In this document: in pieces, positions 1-9,910 of the stretch
Layout: every line of letters starts with the position of its first letter
Position numbering within the stretch: position 1 is the first letter of the stretch
From: Promethearchaeota archaeon
GTDB taxonomy: Archaea; Asgardarchaeota; Lokiarchaeia; Sigyniarchaeales; SOKP01
Direction of reading: 5' to 3'
Assembly (NCBI GenBank): GCA_048940925.1
Contig: JBHLOC010000020.1
Span: forward strand, 21,777-85,776
DNA length: 64,000 bases
Notes under the pieces: generated by a model
Told to the model about the DNA's origin: nothing
The model's input: the letters and a program-made list of their open reading frames with translations, nothing else
Databases searched by the model: none
Position numbers and translations under genes: made by a program

Positions 1-991
1 GTTCATTAATTTTACTCCTACGACATTCAATTTCACAATCATGAAAACATATTCTTCCAAGAACTGAAGGAAAAGGTGTTTTCTCGCGGATAACCGCAGC
101 TGCTTCTGCATACTTTTTTTCCGATATTAATCTAATATACCGCGGAACATCAATACCTAACGGGCATGCATTTTTACAAGGGACAAGTAGTTTTTCTCGT
201 TCCGACCATAAGATATTCTTATCTGTAAGTGCTCCAGTAGGGCAAACTTCAATACAAGCACCACAAAACTTACATCCAGATTCTTTAAGTGTTGGTTCAA
301 TACTCCCAACAATAGTCTCTCCATTAGAATAAACAAACCCTAATGCTCCCACACCACGTAAATCATTACACATTCTTACACATCGGGTACATCCAATACA
401 CAACTCATAGTTACGTATAAAAAGAGGTTCATCTTCAAGAATTGGACGCCCTTGGGGTCTATAACGAGGAATGTCCTCTCGAATTCCAATATATTCAGCA
501 ACTTTTTGTAATTCACATCGTCCTAAAATTGGACAACATCTCTCTTCTGCAGGAACATTTGGAGAGCATGGTTCACGACTACATCCCTCTCGTTGAGCAC
601 ACATTAAACATGCATGTGGATGATTTGAAAGAATATCAGTTAACCTCTCTCGACGTAGATCTTGTATCAATGGAGTATCAGTTAAAATTACCATATTTTC
701 TTCAGCTAGAGTACTACAAGATGTAATAACTTCCTCAATTCCTTCTATTTTTACAATACAAAGTTGACATCCCTCATGTTCTTGAGATGATTTGTTTAAA
801 TTATTATTTTTAATTAGGGTATTTCCTCGGAAGATGTATTCTATTGGTTTCATTCCTACCAACGGAGGTAGATCTGGGTGAGCACAAATAGCAGGGATGT
901 ATATACCAGCATTAAGGGAAGCTTCTAAAATTGTAGTCCCTTGGAATGTTTCAATCGTAGTTCCATTAATAGTTATTGTTATTTTTTCCAT
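1..991 (-). CDS. bzdV: BzdV-like NAD(P)H:ferredoxin oxidoreductase (2Fe-2S + 4Fe-4S + GltD-like), C-terminus runs off the window edge
   Basis: Absent from the ORF track because it has no stop in the window. Hand translation from ATG 991: MEKITITINGTTIETFQGTTILEASLNAGIYIPAICAHPDL...GCQLCIV...HPHACLMCAQREGC...CIGCTRCVRMC...CKFCGACIEVCPTGAL...VPCKNACPLGIDVPRYI. Directly follows bzdM. Confidence 0.8.
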   Translation of the reverse strand, partial: MEKITITINGTTIETFQGTTILEASLNAGIYIPAICAHPDLPPLVGMKPIEYIFRGNTLIKNNNLNKSSQEHEGCQLCIVKIEGIEEVITSCSTLAEENMVILTDTPLIQDLRRERLTDILSNHPHACLMCAQREGCSREPCSPNVPAEERCCPILGRCELQKVAEYIGIREDIPRYRPQGRPILEDEPLFIRNYELCIGCTRCVRMCNDLRGVGALGFVYSNGETIVGSIEPTLKESGCKFCGACIEVCPTGALTDKNILWSEREKLLVPCKNACPLGIDVPRYIRLISEKKYAEAAAVIREKTPFPSVLGRICFHDCEIECRRSKINE

Positions 992-1112
992 AGTTGACAC
1001 TCTCGAAAAAAAATTAACCATACCATTAATTTCTTATTATAAAAAAATAAGATTAAGCGAAGTAAAAATATGATAGAATTCCCACCCAACTTGTATTAAA
1101 GCACAATTTTTG

Positions 1113-1400
1113 CTACCAGGAATGACTTATAGCATTAGCATCGCAAGCTTGGACGCAAGGCAACTCTCTTACTCCGCTAACAGGTTTACAAGGAGCACAT
1201 GAATATTTTATTTTTTTACGGTGTTCTTCATTAACAATAGCTACTAAATCTTCTTCTAGTGGATCTAACTCATTTTCAGCCATTTCGAGAACACCCTCAG
1301 GACAAGCTTCAGTACATTTCCCACATGAATTACATCGATCAGTATCTATAGTGATAAAATATTCTCCTGAACCATCTTTATAACCATAGTTTGCTTTCAT
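1113..1400 (-). CDS. bzdM: Benzoyl-CoA reductase-associated ferredoxin
   Basis: MKANYGYKDGSGEYFITIDTDRCNSCGKCTEACP...CAPCKP...PCVQAC. ATG 1400 preferred over the track start at 1412. Confidence 0.85.
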   Translation of the reverse strand: MKANYGYKDGSGEYFITIDTDRCNSCGKCTEACPEGVLEMAENELDPLEEDLVAIVNEEHRKKIKYSCAPCKPVSGVRELPCVQACDANAISHSW

Positions 1401-1404
1401 TTTT

Positions 1405-2292
1405 TTAGGCACTCTTTCGTTGTTTTTCTACTAACGCTTTAGCAAATAATGCAGCACCAATAGCTCCTGCAAGCTGAGGATCAATTGTTGATTCTGGGGT
1501 TTTTATTTTTAACTCATCTTCAATTCTTTTTACTACACCAATATTTTTAGCAATTCCGCCTGTTATTGCAAATTTTTCTTCTATACCTAACCTTAATAGA
1601 AGTGTAACTACACGATGTGCCATCGCTGCGCAATATGCTGCTAAGACTTTTTCTTTCGGCCAACCTTCCCTAAGTAGTGCAACAGCTTCAGATTTAGCAA
1701 ATACCACGCATGTGCTACTTACCGGTTCTGGTTCTTCTTCTATTTGTAATGACATTTTTCCTACATCATTAATGTGTACTTGGAGTAAATCCGCAAATAC
1801 TTCCATTCCTCTTCCAGTTCCAGCGGCACATTTATCATTCATAAGAAATGATTGAACTTTTCCTCTCTGGTCGCAGCGGATTGCTTTACAATCTTGACCT
1901 CCCATATCCAATACCGTTCTTATCTCAGGACCATAAATAAAGTTAGCGCCTCGAGCATGACAGGCAATTTCTGTAATAGCTCGATTTGCGAATGGAACAT
2001 TCACCCGTCCGTAACCAGTTCCAACAACATATTCAATTTTATCTAAAGTTAACCCTGTACCTTCAAGAGCCCAATCCATAGCATTATTTGCACTATCTGG
2101 ACTATTACTTCCAGTTCTCATACTGCTATAACAATAAATCTCTCCATCTACCATTATTACCGCTTGAGTGCTGACTGATCCTACATCAACTCCTGCTGAT
2201 ATGATGTTCCCATTTTCCCATTTCAAGTCAGGATTTGTATAACGGGATTCAGTCCATCTCCAATATTCCTTATCTGATTCTGTGTTTGACAT
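1405..2292 (-). CDS. bzdQ: Benzoyl-CoA reductase (bzd-type) ATPase subunit Q
   Basis: EYWRW N-terminus, GVDVGSVS, TGYGR, DMGGQD, MNDKCAAGTG (ASKHA activator). ATG 2292 follows a GGAG SD. Confidence 0.9.
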   Translation of the reverse strand: MSNTESDKEYWRWTESRYTNPDLKWENGNIISAGVDVGSVSTQAVIMVDGEIYCYSSMRTGSNSPDSANNAMDWALEGTGLTLDKIEYVVGTGYGRVNVPFANRAITEIACHARGANFIYGPEIRTVLDMGGQDCKAIRCDQRGKVQSFLMNDKCAAGTGRGMEVFADLLQVHINDVGKMSLQIEEEPEPVSSTCVVFAKSEAVALLREGWPKEKVLAAYCAAMAHRVVTLLLRLGIEEKFAITGGIAKNIGVVKRIEDELKIKTPESTIDPQLAGAIGAALFAKALVEKQRKSA

Positions 2293-2296
2293 ATTT

Positions 2297-3082
2297 TCAA
2301 TCTCCAATTTTTTCTATTGCAATAAGAGCTGCTCCTAAAGCACTAACATATTCTGGGGCAATTACTTCTTTTGGTACTAGAAGATCAAATCCGAGATTTC
2401 TCTCCATCGAATCTATAAAACCAATATTATTCGCGACTCCACCTATTAAAGCAACCTTCTGTTCAATACCTATTTGTCGAACCATACTTGTATTTCTATC
2501 TGCTATAGCGTCATGAACAGCTCGGATTATATCTTCTTTAAGAGTTTTTTGATGGATCAATGAAACAACTTCTGATTCTGCAAAAATTGTGCATTGTGCA
2601 TTCATTGGAATTTGCTTAGTTGCTTTTAAAGAAAGATCTCCCATAGTTGTAATATCTACCTCTAAAGCCCTTGCCATTGCTTCTATAAATGCACCCGCTC
2701 CTGCAGCACATTTTTCATTTATCCCAAAATCTTTAACCTTTCCTTGGTCATCAATTCTTAAAACTCGTCCTTCTTCTGCTCCTATATCAATCACAGTACG
2801 CGCAGAGGGGAAAATAAAGTGAGTTCCCTTGGCATTGGCAGTAACAGTAGTTACACTATCGTTTGCGAAGGAGATTGCTTCTATCCCTGCCCCAGTTGCA
2901 ATAATATATTTAATTTCAGCACGTTTAACTCCTGCTCTTTCAAGAGCATTATTTAATGCTTGTTTTGCTGCCTCATCCTGATCAAAACCACTTAAAACAG
3001 AAGTAGTAGAGAGGATACTATCATCTTTTAAAATTACAACTTTAGTGTTTTTGCTGCCACAGTCAATTCCAGCTGTTATTAT
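2297..3082 (-). CDS. bzdP: Benzoyl-CoA reductase (bzd-type) ATPase subunit P, probable ATA start
   Basis: Frame stays open 96 codons upstream of the track start (2794): IITAGIDCGSKNTKVVIL...ATGAG...DIGAEE...NEKCAAGAG. An in-frame TGA lies just upstream; no ATG/GTG/TTG start is available. Confidence 0.85.
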   Translation of the reverse strand: MITAGIDCGSKNTKVVILKDDSILSTTSVLSGFDQDEAAKQALNNALERAGVKRAEIKYIIATGAGIEAISFANDSVTTVTANAKGTHFIFPSARTVIDIGAEEGRVLRIDDQGKVKDFGINEKCAAGAGAFIEAMARALEVDITTMGDLSLKATKQIPMNAQCTIFAESEVVSLIHQKTLKEDIIRAVHDAIADRNTSMVRQIGIEQKVALIGGVANNIGFIDSMERNLGFDLLVPKEVIAPEYVSALGAALIAIEKIGD

Positions 3083-3155
3083 ATTAAATCACTTTTTTTT
3101 TTAATTTTATTTAATATTAATTATTTAACTTTATCATATGATAACTGTAAAAATA

Positions 3156-4469
3156 TTATCTATATATCTTCTCTATTCCAAGAGATTCCATAAATATGTC
3201 TATACGTTTCATAGTTCGGGGAAGATCAAATTCTCTTTCATCTCCCATATTTCCTTCAAAAGGCATTACTGGGAAACCAGCTTTTTGAATAGCTAAACGA
3301 TTTTCTGCAATTCCAAGGCTTAATCCTTCACACCCTCTATTAAAATGCAATAAAACTCCATCTAACTTCCATTCACGAGCTATTCGGATCATCATATCGG
3401 ATTTAAGCTTTGGGTGATAAAAATGTTGCCATTCTGGTTTACTCAAATTCCATTCCGCAAGAGCTCGTAATGCCTCATCCCTATTAGATATTTCAATGTC
3501 AGGAATAGATCTTGGACCCCAAGTTCCATCTTGTTTTTCTTCCCATAAACCAATGAGACTAAATGTATAAAGACTTCCTATTGAAACGCAACCGTATTGT
3601 TCTAAATAGCGAAATACTCTTAAAAATGCCCAAGGAGGTTGTGTATCTGTCATAACACGACATTGTTCATTGCCAACAGCCGCTATTCCTCGATCAACTC
3701 TGTCTTTTATTTCTGGATATAATTCTTTTTCATAAAAATCAGCCGTCCATTGAGCAGACTTCTTCAATGTGCCTAGAACATATAGAGAATACATAGATTT
3801 TTCATCAATAGGAGCAGGTATTGTTTTATTAAGATTGCAGATTGCTGACCAAAAATGACAAGTACGAAATTCATTATAAACAGCTTTGATTAAGAGTTCA
3901 TCATCATAATCTCTCCCTGTAATTTCTTCAAGCCACTTGATCCCATCATGCATTTGTTTCACAACATAATTAATCTTATGATCCGTTAATTCTTCATAAG
4001 GACCTACGCTCACATCAATGCTAAATAATGGAATCCCCCCTTCAAGGTCGCTTGCTACTTGATACCATTTAGCATGAGAACAGCAAATATGATCCTGCCA
4101 CATAAAATCAGGTTTAGGGAATTCCTCTGAGAACTGTGGCCATGCATACTTGTTAAGGATGGCAGAACCCCAATAATTACGCATATAAGAACATAAATCT
4201 CGTGCATACCCTTTTGCTTCGGTTGCTTCATGACATTCTTGTGCAAATTTATTATTAAATGCAATCGTCGCTCCATATGGTTCGCCAGTCAATGAATATA
4301 CATCTTCTCCCAACCCTGCAGGAATTGCATCAAAAGACCAAGCACCTCCTGCCCAACGAATTCCCCCTTTTTCATGAGCTTTTGCATAATCTTCATAATA
4401 TCTTTCTCTCAATTTTTTTGCTTTATTCCAACATTTCAAGGCTTCTGTTGGATATTTAGTTTTTTCCAT
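3156..4469 (-). CDS. bzdO: Benzoyl-CoA reductase (bzd-type) subunit O
   Basis: [61 protein letters not shown]. Confidence 0.92.
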   Translation of the reverse strand: MEKTKYPTEALKCWNKAKKLRERYYEDYAKAHEKGGIRWAGGAWSFDAIPAGLGEDVYSLTGEPYGATIAFNNKFAQECHEATEAKGYARDLCSYMRNYWGSAILNKYAWPQFSEEFPKPDFMWQDHICCSHAKWYQVASDLEGGIPLFSIDVSVGPYEELTDHKINYVVKQMHDGIKWLEEITGRDYDDELLIKAVYNEFRTCHFWSAICNLNKTIPAPIDEKSMYSLYVLGTLKKSAQWTADFYEKELYPEIKDRVDRGIAAVGNEQCRVMTDTQPPWAFLRVFRYLEQYGCVSIGSLYTFSLIGLWEEKQDGTWGPRSIPDIEISNRDEALRALAEWNLSKPEWQHFYHPKLKSDMMIRIAREWKLDGVLLHFNRGCEGLSLGIAENRLAIQKAGFPVMPFEGNMGDEREFDLPRTMKRIDIFMESLGIEKIYR

Positions 4470-4480
4470 TTTTATCCCTC

Positions 4481-5602
4481 TTAAAAAAGATCCTCTTCTC
4501 GTAATATTTCAAGAAATGCTTCTACACGTGTTTTAAACTGACCAATTGGTACAGTAACATCAAACTCAAGGAATATAGTTGGGATACCATTATCCTCTAA
4601 AGTTTGTTTAATAATAGGAATATCTAATTCATGCGGATCACAAAATTTTTGTTGAATTAGAATCGCACCTTGCACATCATATTCTTTCGCCATTTTAACA
4701 ATATGATCAAGTCTTGTTCTTTGAGGCCAATCTTTACTTGGGCATGGTACACGTTTAACATACCGTTCTGAAATTGCTGCAAGTAAATCTTTATTCACAT
4801 TTACTTCTCTATCAAAATAACGAGTACCAGTACAATGATCATCAGTCACAAATCTTGCTCCTAAATTTTCGACCATAGATATAAATTCAGTATCATCATC
4901 CTCAGAACCTATAATCATAAGGCGTTCACCAGAATTATTTATATTTCTTGAGGGCAGTTTCTGTAAAAGTGATTCCAATTCTCTATTATGGTCCTCTTTG
5001 TCAGTCATTTGGGCAGATACTACCATTGTCATTGCTTCCAGACCAGTGAGAGGTGGATTAGGCTTTTTTCTTAGCTTATATACTTCTTGCATAAGTCGTC
5101 GATTAGTATTCATTATCTTAATTCCTCTCTTGAGGTCTTCATCAGTAATTGGTCGACCGATCCAGTCTTCAATTGCTTTTTTAAATTGTTTCAGCTCTTC
5201 TGTTAAATAAGGAATTGCATGAGGACTCTGAACATGCATAGGATGCGGTAAATAATATTTAAAATCTACAGGGATATGTAAATCCCAGCTTGTAAAAGCT
5301 TGCCTAATATGGAGACAACTTTGAGCAATCATTATCCCATCTAAATAATCAAATCTCCCTTTTAGACCCTGTGCTAAGCAATCACGGCAAAAAGGACAAA
5401 ACATAGCAAAAATATGTGGTTCTGACACATCCTGTGGTTCATGACTACCTAAAATCCTTACTGGAAGTATATTTGCAGCATATAAGATCTCTTCTGGAAC
5501 ATATGTGCAAAAATAGCCTATTACCTTTCCCCCAGTTCGTTCTTTCCACTTTTTAGCGTATTCATGACGATTTTCATACCAATCTTTAAATTGTTCAAAC
5601 AT
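4481..5602 (-). CDS. bzdN: Benzoyl-CoA reductase (bzd-type) subunit N
   Basis: [61 protein letters not shown]. Confidence 0.92.
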   Translation of the reverse strand: MFEQFKDWYENRHEYAKKWKERTGGKVIGYFCTYVPEEILYAANILPVRILGSHEPQDVSEPHIFAMFCPFCRDCLAQGLKGRFDYLDGIMIAQSCLHIRQAFTSWDLHIPVDFKYYLPHPMHVQSPHAIPYLTEELKQFKKAIEDWIGRPITDEDLKRGIKIMNTNRRLMQEVYKLRKKPNPPLTGLEAMTMVVSAQMTDKEDHNRELESLLQKLPSRNINNSGERLMIIGSEDDDTEFISMVENLGARFVTDDHCTGTRYFDREVNVNKDLLAAISERYVKRVPCPSKDWPQRTRLDHIVKMAKEYDVQGAILIQQKFCDPHELDIPIIKQTLEDNGIPTIFLEFDVTVPIGQFKTRVEAFLEILREEDLF

Positions 5603-5703
5603 ACGTAGTACCTTCCTTTATATAGATTTTATTCAAATATCCGCTTATTTCATGGTTTTTTGGCAAGTTAAATAGATAAAATTATTAAATTTAATTAAAG
5701 TTT

Positions 5704-6750
5704 TTATTTTTGACACAATATAAGGATTCGAATTCCCTCACCACGGCGCATAACATCAAAAGCTTCATTAATTTCTGAAAGTGGGAATTTATGAGTAATT
5801 AGTGGTTTAAGCTGAAGTGACCCATTCTTCACTAATTCTATAATATGTGGATAATCTACTGGACGACAACCAAGGCTTCCCATTATCTCCATTTCTCGAT
5901 ACATTACACGACCAATATCGAAACCATCCCAACGTTTGGGTGAATATCCCACAGCAACTAAACGACCTCCAGTTCTTAAACTATCGAAAGCTTGCTTCAT
6001 TGTTACAGGATTTCCAATTGCTTCAAATGCTATATCTGCTCCACCTCCTGTTATTTTCCGGATAGCTCCAACGACTTCTCTTTCGTCCATATCTTTTGCT
6101 AAAATAGTTTCTACCGCTCCAATTTGCTTAGCAATCTCCAACTTTTTAGGGACAATATCAACAGCAATAGGCAACCCTCCTGCTACCTTTATATTTTGAA
6201 CCACATTTAAACCAATTCCTCCACATCCAATAACGACTGTCCAGTCACCAGGTCTTACTTGACCTCGATTTTTTACTGCATGGTATGGTGTTGAAACCGC
6301 ATCTGAAATAATACAACTTTCTTCTAATGGTAATTCAGTTGGAAGATGAACAACATCTTTAATGGGAACTTTAATTAGTTCTGCAAATCCTCCATCAACA
6401 TTATTACCAAGCATAATTTGATTAGTACAAATATTTTCACGACCTGTTCTACAATTAAAACAATATCCACAAGAGAACACAGCGGGAATAATAACATGGT
6501 CACCTTCTTTGAAATTGGTTACATCTTCGCTTATCTCTTTAATACATCCTGATATTTCATGACCTAAAATAAGAGGTGGTTCTTTAAAAGTGGGTACACC
6601 ATGCTCTAGGTAACCAAAATCTGTGTGACATAGACCACATGCCTCTATCTCTACTACAACCTGACCTAATTCACCAGAAATATTTGGTGAGGGATAATCA
6701 TCTACCAAAATTAAAGGTTCCTTAACCTTTTCAAAAATGGCGGCTTTCAT
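5704..6750 (-). CDS. had: 6-hydroxycyclohex-1-ene-1-carbonyl-CoA dehydrogenase (Zn-dependent MDR)
   Basis: CGLCHTD, GHE, CGYCFNC..C, DAVSTPYHAV, GCGGIG; position in the BCR operon. Confidence 0.8.
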   Translation of the reverse strand: MKAAIFEKVKEPLILVDDYPSPNISGELGQVVVEIEACGLCHTDFGYLEHGVPTFKEPPLILGHEISGCIKEISEDVTNFKEGDHVIIPAVFSCGYCFNCRTGRENICTNQIMLGNNVDGGFAELIKVPIKDVVHLPTELPLEESCIISDAVSTPYHAVKNRGQVRPGDWTVVIGCGGIGLNVVQNIKVAGGLPIAVDIVPKKLEIAKQIGAVETILAKDMDEREVVGAIRKITGGGADIAFEAIGNPVTMKQAFDSLRTGGRLVAVGYSPKRWDGFDIGRVMYREMEIMGSLGCRPVDYPHIIELVKNGSLQLKPLITHKFPLSEINEAFDVMRRGEGIRILILCQK

Positions 6751-6818
6751 ATTTACTTCCTACAATTTGCTTTATTTTTATTATAATTTAAACCTAATTC
6801 TTATTAAATTTAAGAAAG

Positions 6819-7586
6819 TTAACGATTCTGCCAATTGGGTGATCGTTTCTCTAAGAATGCTTGTAATCCTTCATTCGCATCATATGTTGACATTAATTCT
6901 TTGAGATAAAACTCTTCAACTTTATCTAATTGAGCTTCAAAATTGAATCCTAATGCTATATTGAATGCTTTCTTAGAATAATGCAAGATTATGGTGCTCA
7001 AATCATTAAATGATTCAATAAATTTAGCAAACTCTTGCTCATATGATTCATGTGGGAATAAATGATTAGAAATTCCAAGTCTATGAGCCTCATTAGCATC
7101 AATTACTTCTCCCAACATAATAAGTTCAAAAGCTTTTTTATTTCCAATAATTTTAGGAAAAGCCAATACAGCAATAGGTGGGAATACACCTACTTTTATT
7201 TCGGGTTGCCCAAATTTTGCTTTATCTGAGGTGAATATAATATCACAGAATATAGCAATTTCACAACCTCCTCCAAGTGCTGCTCCTTTAATACTTGCAA
7301 TGGTTGGACATTTTAGTTTGTTAAGCCTTCTAAAAATTCCATGGAATTCCTTAATCATTTTGGGAGCTTTATCACCTATATGATCACCAATATCAACTCC
7401 CGCTGAAAATGCTTTTCCATTATGATCAAAAATAACTGCTTTTAACGATCGATCTTCTAGAAAACCTTCAAGAGCTTTATTAATTTGTTCCATCATTCTA
7501 ATTGTTAGAATATTCAATGGACCATTGTTAAAAATTATTTTCCCGATGTTATTGGATATTTCTACTACAATTAATTCATCTTCCGT
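6819..7586 (-). CDS. dch: Cyclohexa-1,5-diene-1-carbonyl-CoA hydratase (crotonase), probable ACG start
   Basis: FSAGVDIGDH, LGGGCE, GQPEIKVGVFPP, DANEGLQAFLEKRSPNW. Frame extends 23 codons upstream of the track TTG (EDELIVVEISNNIGKIIFNNGPLNIL) to an ACG 7 nt after GGGTGA. Confidence 0.8.
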   Translation of the reverse strand, partial: TEDELIVVEISNNIGKIIFNNGPLNILTIRMMEQINKALEGFLEDRSLKAVIFDHNGKAFSAGVDIGDHIGDKAPKMIKEFHGIFRRLNKLKCPTIASIKGAALGGGCEIAIFCDIIFTSDKAKFGQPEIKVGVFPPIAVLAFPKIIGNKKAFELIMLGEVIDANEAHRLGISNHLFPHESYEQEFAKFIESFNDLSTIILHYSKKAFNIALGFNFEAQLDKVEEFYLKELMSTYDANEGLQAFLEKRSPNWQNR

Positions 7587-7660
7587 TTCTTTTTCACCCT
7601 TTTTGGCTAATTTTTACTTTTAATCTACTAATATCATTAATTTGAAAAAAAATATTAGAT

Positions 7661-8617
7661 TTATAGTTTAGTTCCACAATTTCCACAAAACTTGAAATCT
7701 GAAGGTATATTTTTTGCTTGACATGAAGGGCATGACACTGAAGGTGGTCCCCATAAAAATTCAGGATGAGGACTTTCTCTTACACCTCTATAATTTGGAG
7801 GACGCTTTTCTACAAATGCAGACATTCCTTCTAAAGGCTCCCAAGAAGCGTAATGAATCGATAACCAATCTTTTGCATGTCCAATTGTTTGATGCCAAAC
7901 AAGATCCTTCCAGAAATTAACCTGCTGTTTTGTGTATCTCATACATTCTGGAAATTTATCAATAAGTTTCTGACAATACTTATCTATTTCATCATCTATT
8001 TCAGAGTATGGTACTACAGAATTTACCAAACCCCATTCTAATGCTTTCTGTGCTGATATTGGTTCACACAAATATAAAATTTCTCTTGCTCGACGATCGC
8101 CAACGATAATAGGTAACCACTGAGTAGCACCACCACAAGCAACAGATCCAACTCTCGTTCCTACTTGTTGAATAGTGGCATGTTCGGCAGCTACAGCTAG
8201 ATCACAGGCCATTTGCCATTCATTACCTCCACCTGCCACTATACCATTAATTCTTGCTAGAGTAGGTTTCCCAATATTACGGAATACATCATGAGCTTCT
8301 TGGAAAATACTCATCCATTTCCAATATTCAGCGGGTTGAATAGTAAATCTTTCTCTATACTCTTTTACATCACCCCCCGTACAAAAAGCTTTGTCTCCTG
8401 CTCCTGTTAAGATAATAACTGCAACTTTATTATCCCAAGCAGCATCATGAAAAGCTTCAATCATTTCCATTAATGTAAGAGTTGAATAAGCATTATAGAC
8501 TTCTGGACGATTAATAGTAACTTTTGCTTTCCAATCGTTTTTTTCATAAATTATTTCTTTAAAATCGAATTCATTTGGATCTTTAGGTTTAAAATTTGGT
8601 TCTTGTGTATAAGTCAT
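7661..8617 (-). CDS. oah: 6-oxocyclohex-1-ene-1-carbonyl-CoA hydrolase (ring-opening) with C-terminal zinc ribbon
   Basis: NRPEVYNAY, GDKAFCTGGDVKEY, GGGNE, GSVACGGATQWLP, C-terminal CPSC..FCGNCG; first gene of the BCR operon. Confidence 0.78.
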   Translation of the reverse strand: MTYTQEPNFKPKDPNEFDFKEIIYEKNDWKAKVTINRPEVYNAYSTLTLMEMIEAFHDAAWDNKVAVIILTGAGDKAFCTGGDVKEYRERFTIQPAEYWKWMSIFQEAHDVFRNIGKPTLARINGIVAGGGNEWQMACDLAVAAEHATIQQVGTRVGSVACGGATQWLPIIVGDRRAREILYLCEPISAQKALEWGLVNSVVPYSEIDDEIDKYCQKLIDKFPECMRYTKQQVNFWKDLVWHQTIGHAKDWLSIHYASWEPLEGMSAFVEKRPPNYRGVRESPHPEFLWGPPSVSCPSCQAKNIPSDFKFCGNCGTKL

Positions 8618-8720
8618 TACTACCACTTCAATACTTAATTTTTTTGATTTCTTTTATTTTTATTATTATTCTTAGATAGTTTTACAAATTCATTTAAAAT
8701 TTGTTAATAGAAAACGTTTT

Positions 8721-8738
8721 GTGGGAATAAAATACCAC
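8721..8738. promoter_or_regulatory. Operator-like palindrome GTGGG-N8-ACCAC in the divergent intergenic region upstream of oah
   Basis: One mismatch to the TGGG-N8-CCCA motif also seen at 9723 and 16987. Confidence 0.45.
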
Positions 8739-8846
8739 TAAAAGCACAATTTAGATAGAATATTAAAAGGAGTAATATTTAAACCAAACATAATGATTAT
8801 ACTTATTGTAGATTCTAATAAAAATTGTTAATGAGAAAGATTAATA

Positions 8847-9128
8847 GTGGTTTCAGATAAAGAAAAAAATATAAATAAAAATGAACTAGACATTCCACAT
8901 AGAGGTAAAAACTGGGAGAGAGGATTCACCATAGAAGAACATAGAGTAAAAGAATATGTCGAATTGTATGAATCAATCGGATATGAAACACGAGTTGAAC
9001 CCGCAACTCCTGATGAGATTGAAGGGTGTCAAGCATGTTTTAAAGCTGAATTTGATAATTTAAGAACTATTTACATTAGAAGAAAAGAAAATAAGAATAA
9101 TGAAATGAATTTAAACGAATTATTATAA
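8847..9128 (+). CDS. Small hypothetical protein (WERxF...VELYESIGYE...CxxC)
   Basis: 93-aa ORF, plausible composition, divergent from the BCR operon. Confidence 0.7.
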   Translation: MVSDKEKNINKNELDIPHRGKNWERGFTIEEHRVKEYVELYESIGYETRVEPATPDEIEGCQACFKAEFDNLRTIYIRRKENKNNEMNLNELL

Positions 9129-9216
9129 TGGATTATTATCCTGTTTAAAACAAATAATTTTTTGAAGAAATTGCTTTTCATCAATATTTTTATCTCTATT
9201 TTCATTAACTAAATTT

Positions 9217-9657
9217 ATGTCAAGACTAGAACCTGTTAAATTTGAAGATTTTAAAGAGGGTGATTCTGCTTCATTCTCAAAAACCATAACTGAGGCAGAT
9301 GTAACATTGTTTGCTGGAATTTCTGGAGATTTCAACCCTTTACATATTAATGAAGAATTTGCGAAAACTCAGATGTTTGGGAAACGTGTTGTTCATGGAG
9401 CATTTAGTTCTGCGTTAATTTCAGCAGTGCTCGGAGCTCATTTGTTTGGTCCAGGAGCCCTCTATGCTTCTCAAAAAGTTGTATTCAAGAAACCTGTCTT
9501 TATTGGAGATACAGTGACCGCCGTGGCAACAATCTCAAAAAAATATACTAAAGAGGGTAGGAGTGGAACATTGCAATTTCTTGATGTTGAGACCAAGGTA
9601 TATAATCAAAAGAATGAAATAGTTACTGATGGAGAAGCACAGGTAATTGTAATGTAA
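9217..9657 (+). CDS. MaoC-family (R)-specific enoyl-CoA hydratase
   Basis: FAGISGDFNPLH, VVHG, FKKPVFIGD. Confidence 0.9.
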   Translation: MSRLEPVKFEDFKEGDSASFSKTITEADVTLFAGISGDFNPLHINEEFAKTQMFGKRVVHGAFSSALISAVLGAHLFGPGALYASQKVVFKKPVFIGDTVTAVATISKKYTKEGRSGTLQFLDVETKVYNQKNEIVTDGEAQVIVM

Positions 9658-9722
9658 ACTTATCTTTTTTTCAATTCATTTATATTTTCCTATTTTTTTT
9701 TAATTATTTATCCTTTACCATA

Positions 9723-9738
9723 TGGGAAATTTTACCCA
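9723..9738. promoter_or_regulatory. Operator-like palindrome TGGGAAATTTTACCCA upstream of the CoA ligase operon
   Basis: Its reverse complement ATGTGGGTAAAATTTCCCAT matches 16984 ATGTGGGTCAAAATTCCCAT at 18/20 positions. Confidence 0.55.
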
Positions 9739-9910
9739 CATTTAATTACGATGTTTAGCTAACCTTTGAGCTGTTTTAGGAGTGACTGGTACAAGGTAAA
9801 CATTATAAAAAGAAAGATATATTAATTAATATGATATTTTAAAATCAAATTAATTTTTGTTTAGAAATCGTTCAGAGTTATTAATAAAATGAATAAAGGA
9901 GAATAAATTA

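Noticed and set aside
770-870. Insertion within the BzdV 2Fe-2S motif as a second intron
   Set aside because: It is in frame, has no stop and shows no BHB-like pairing; better explained as a protein loop.
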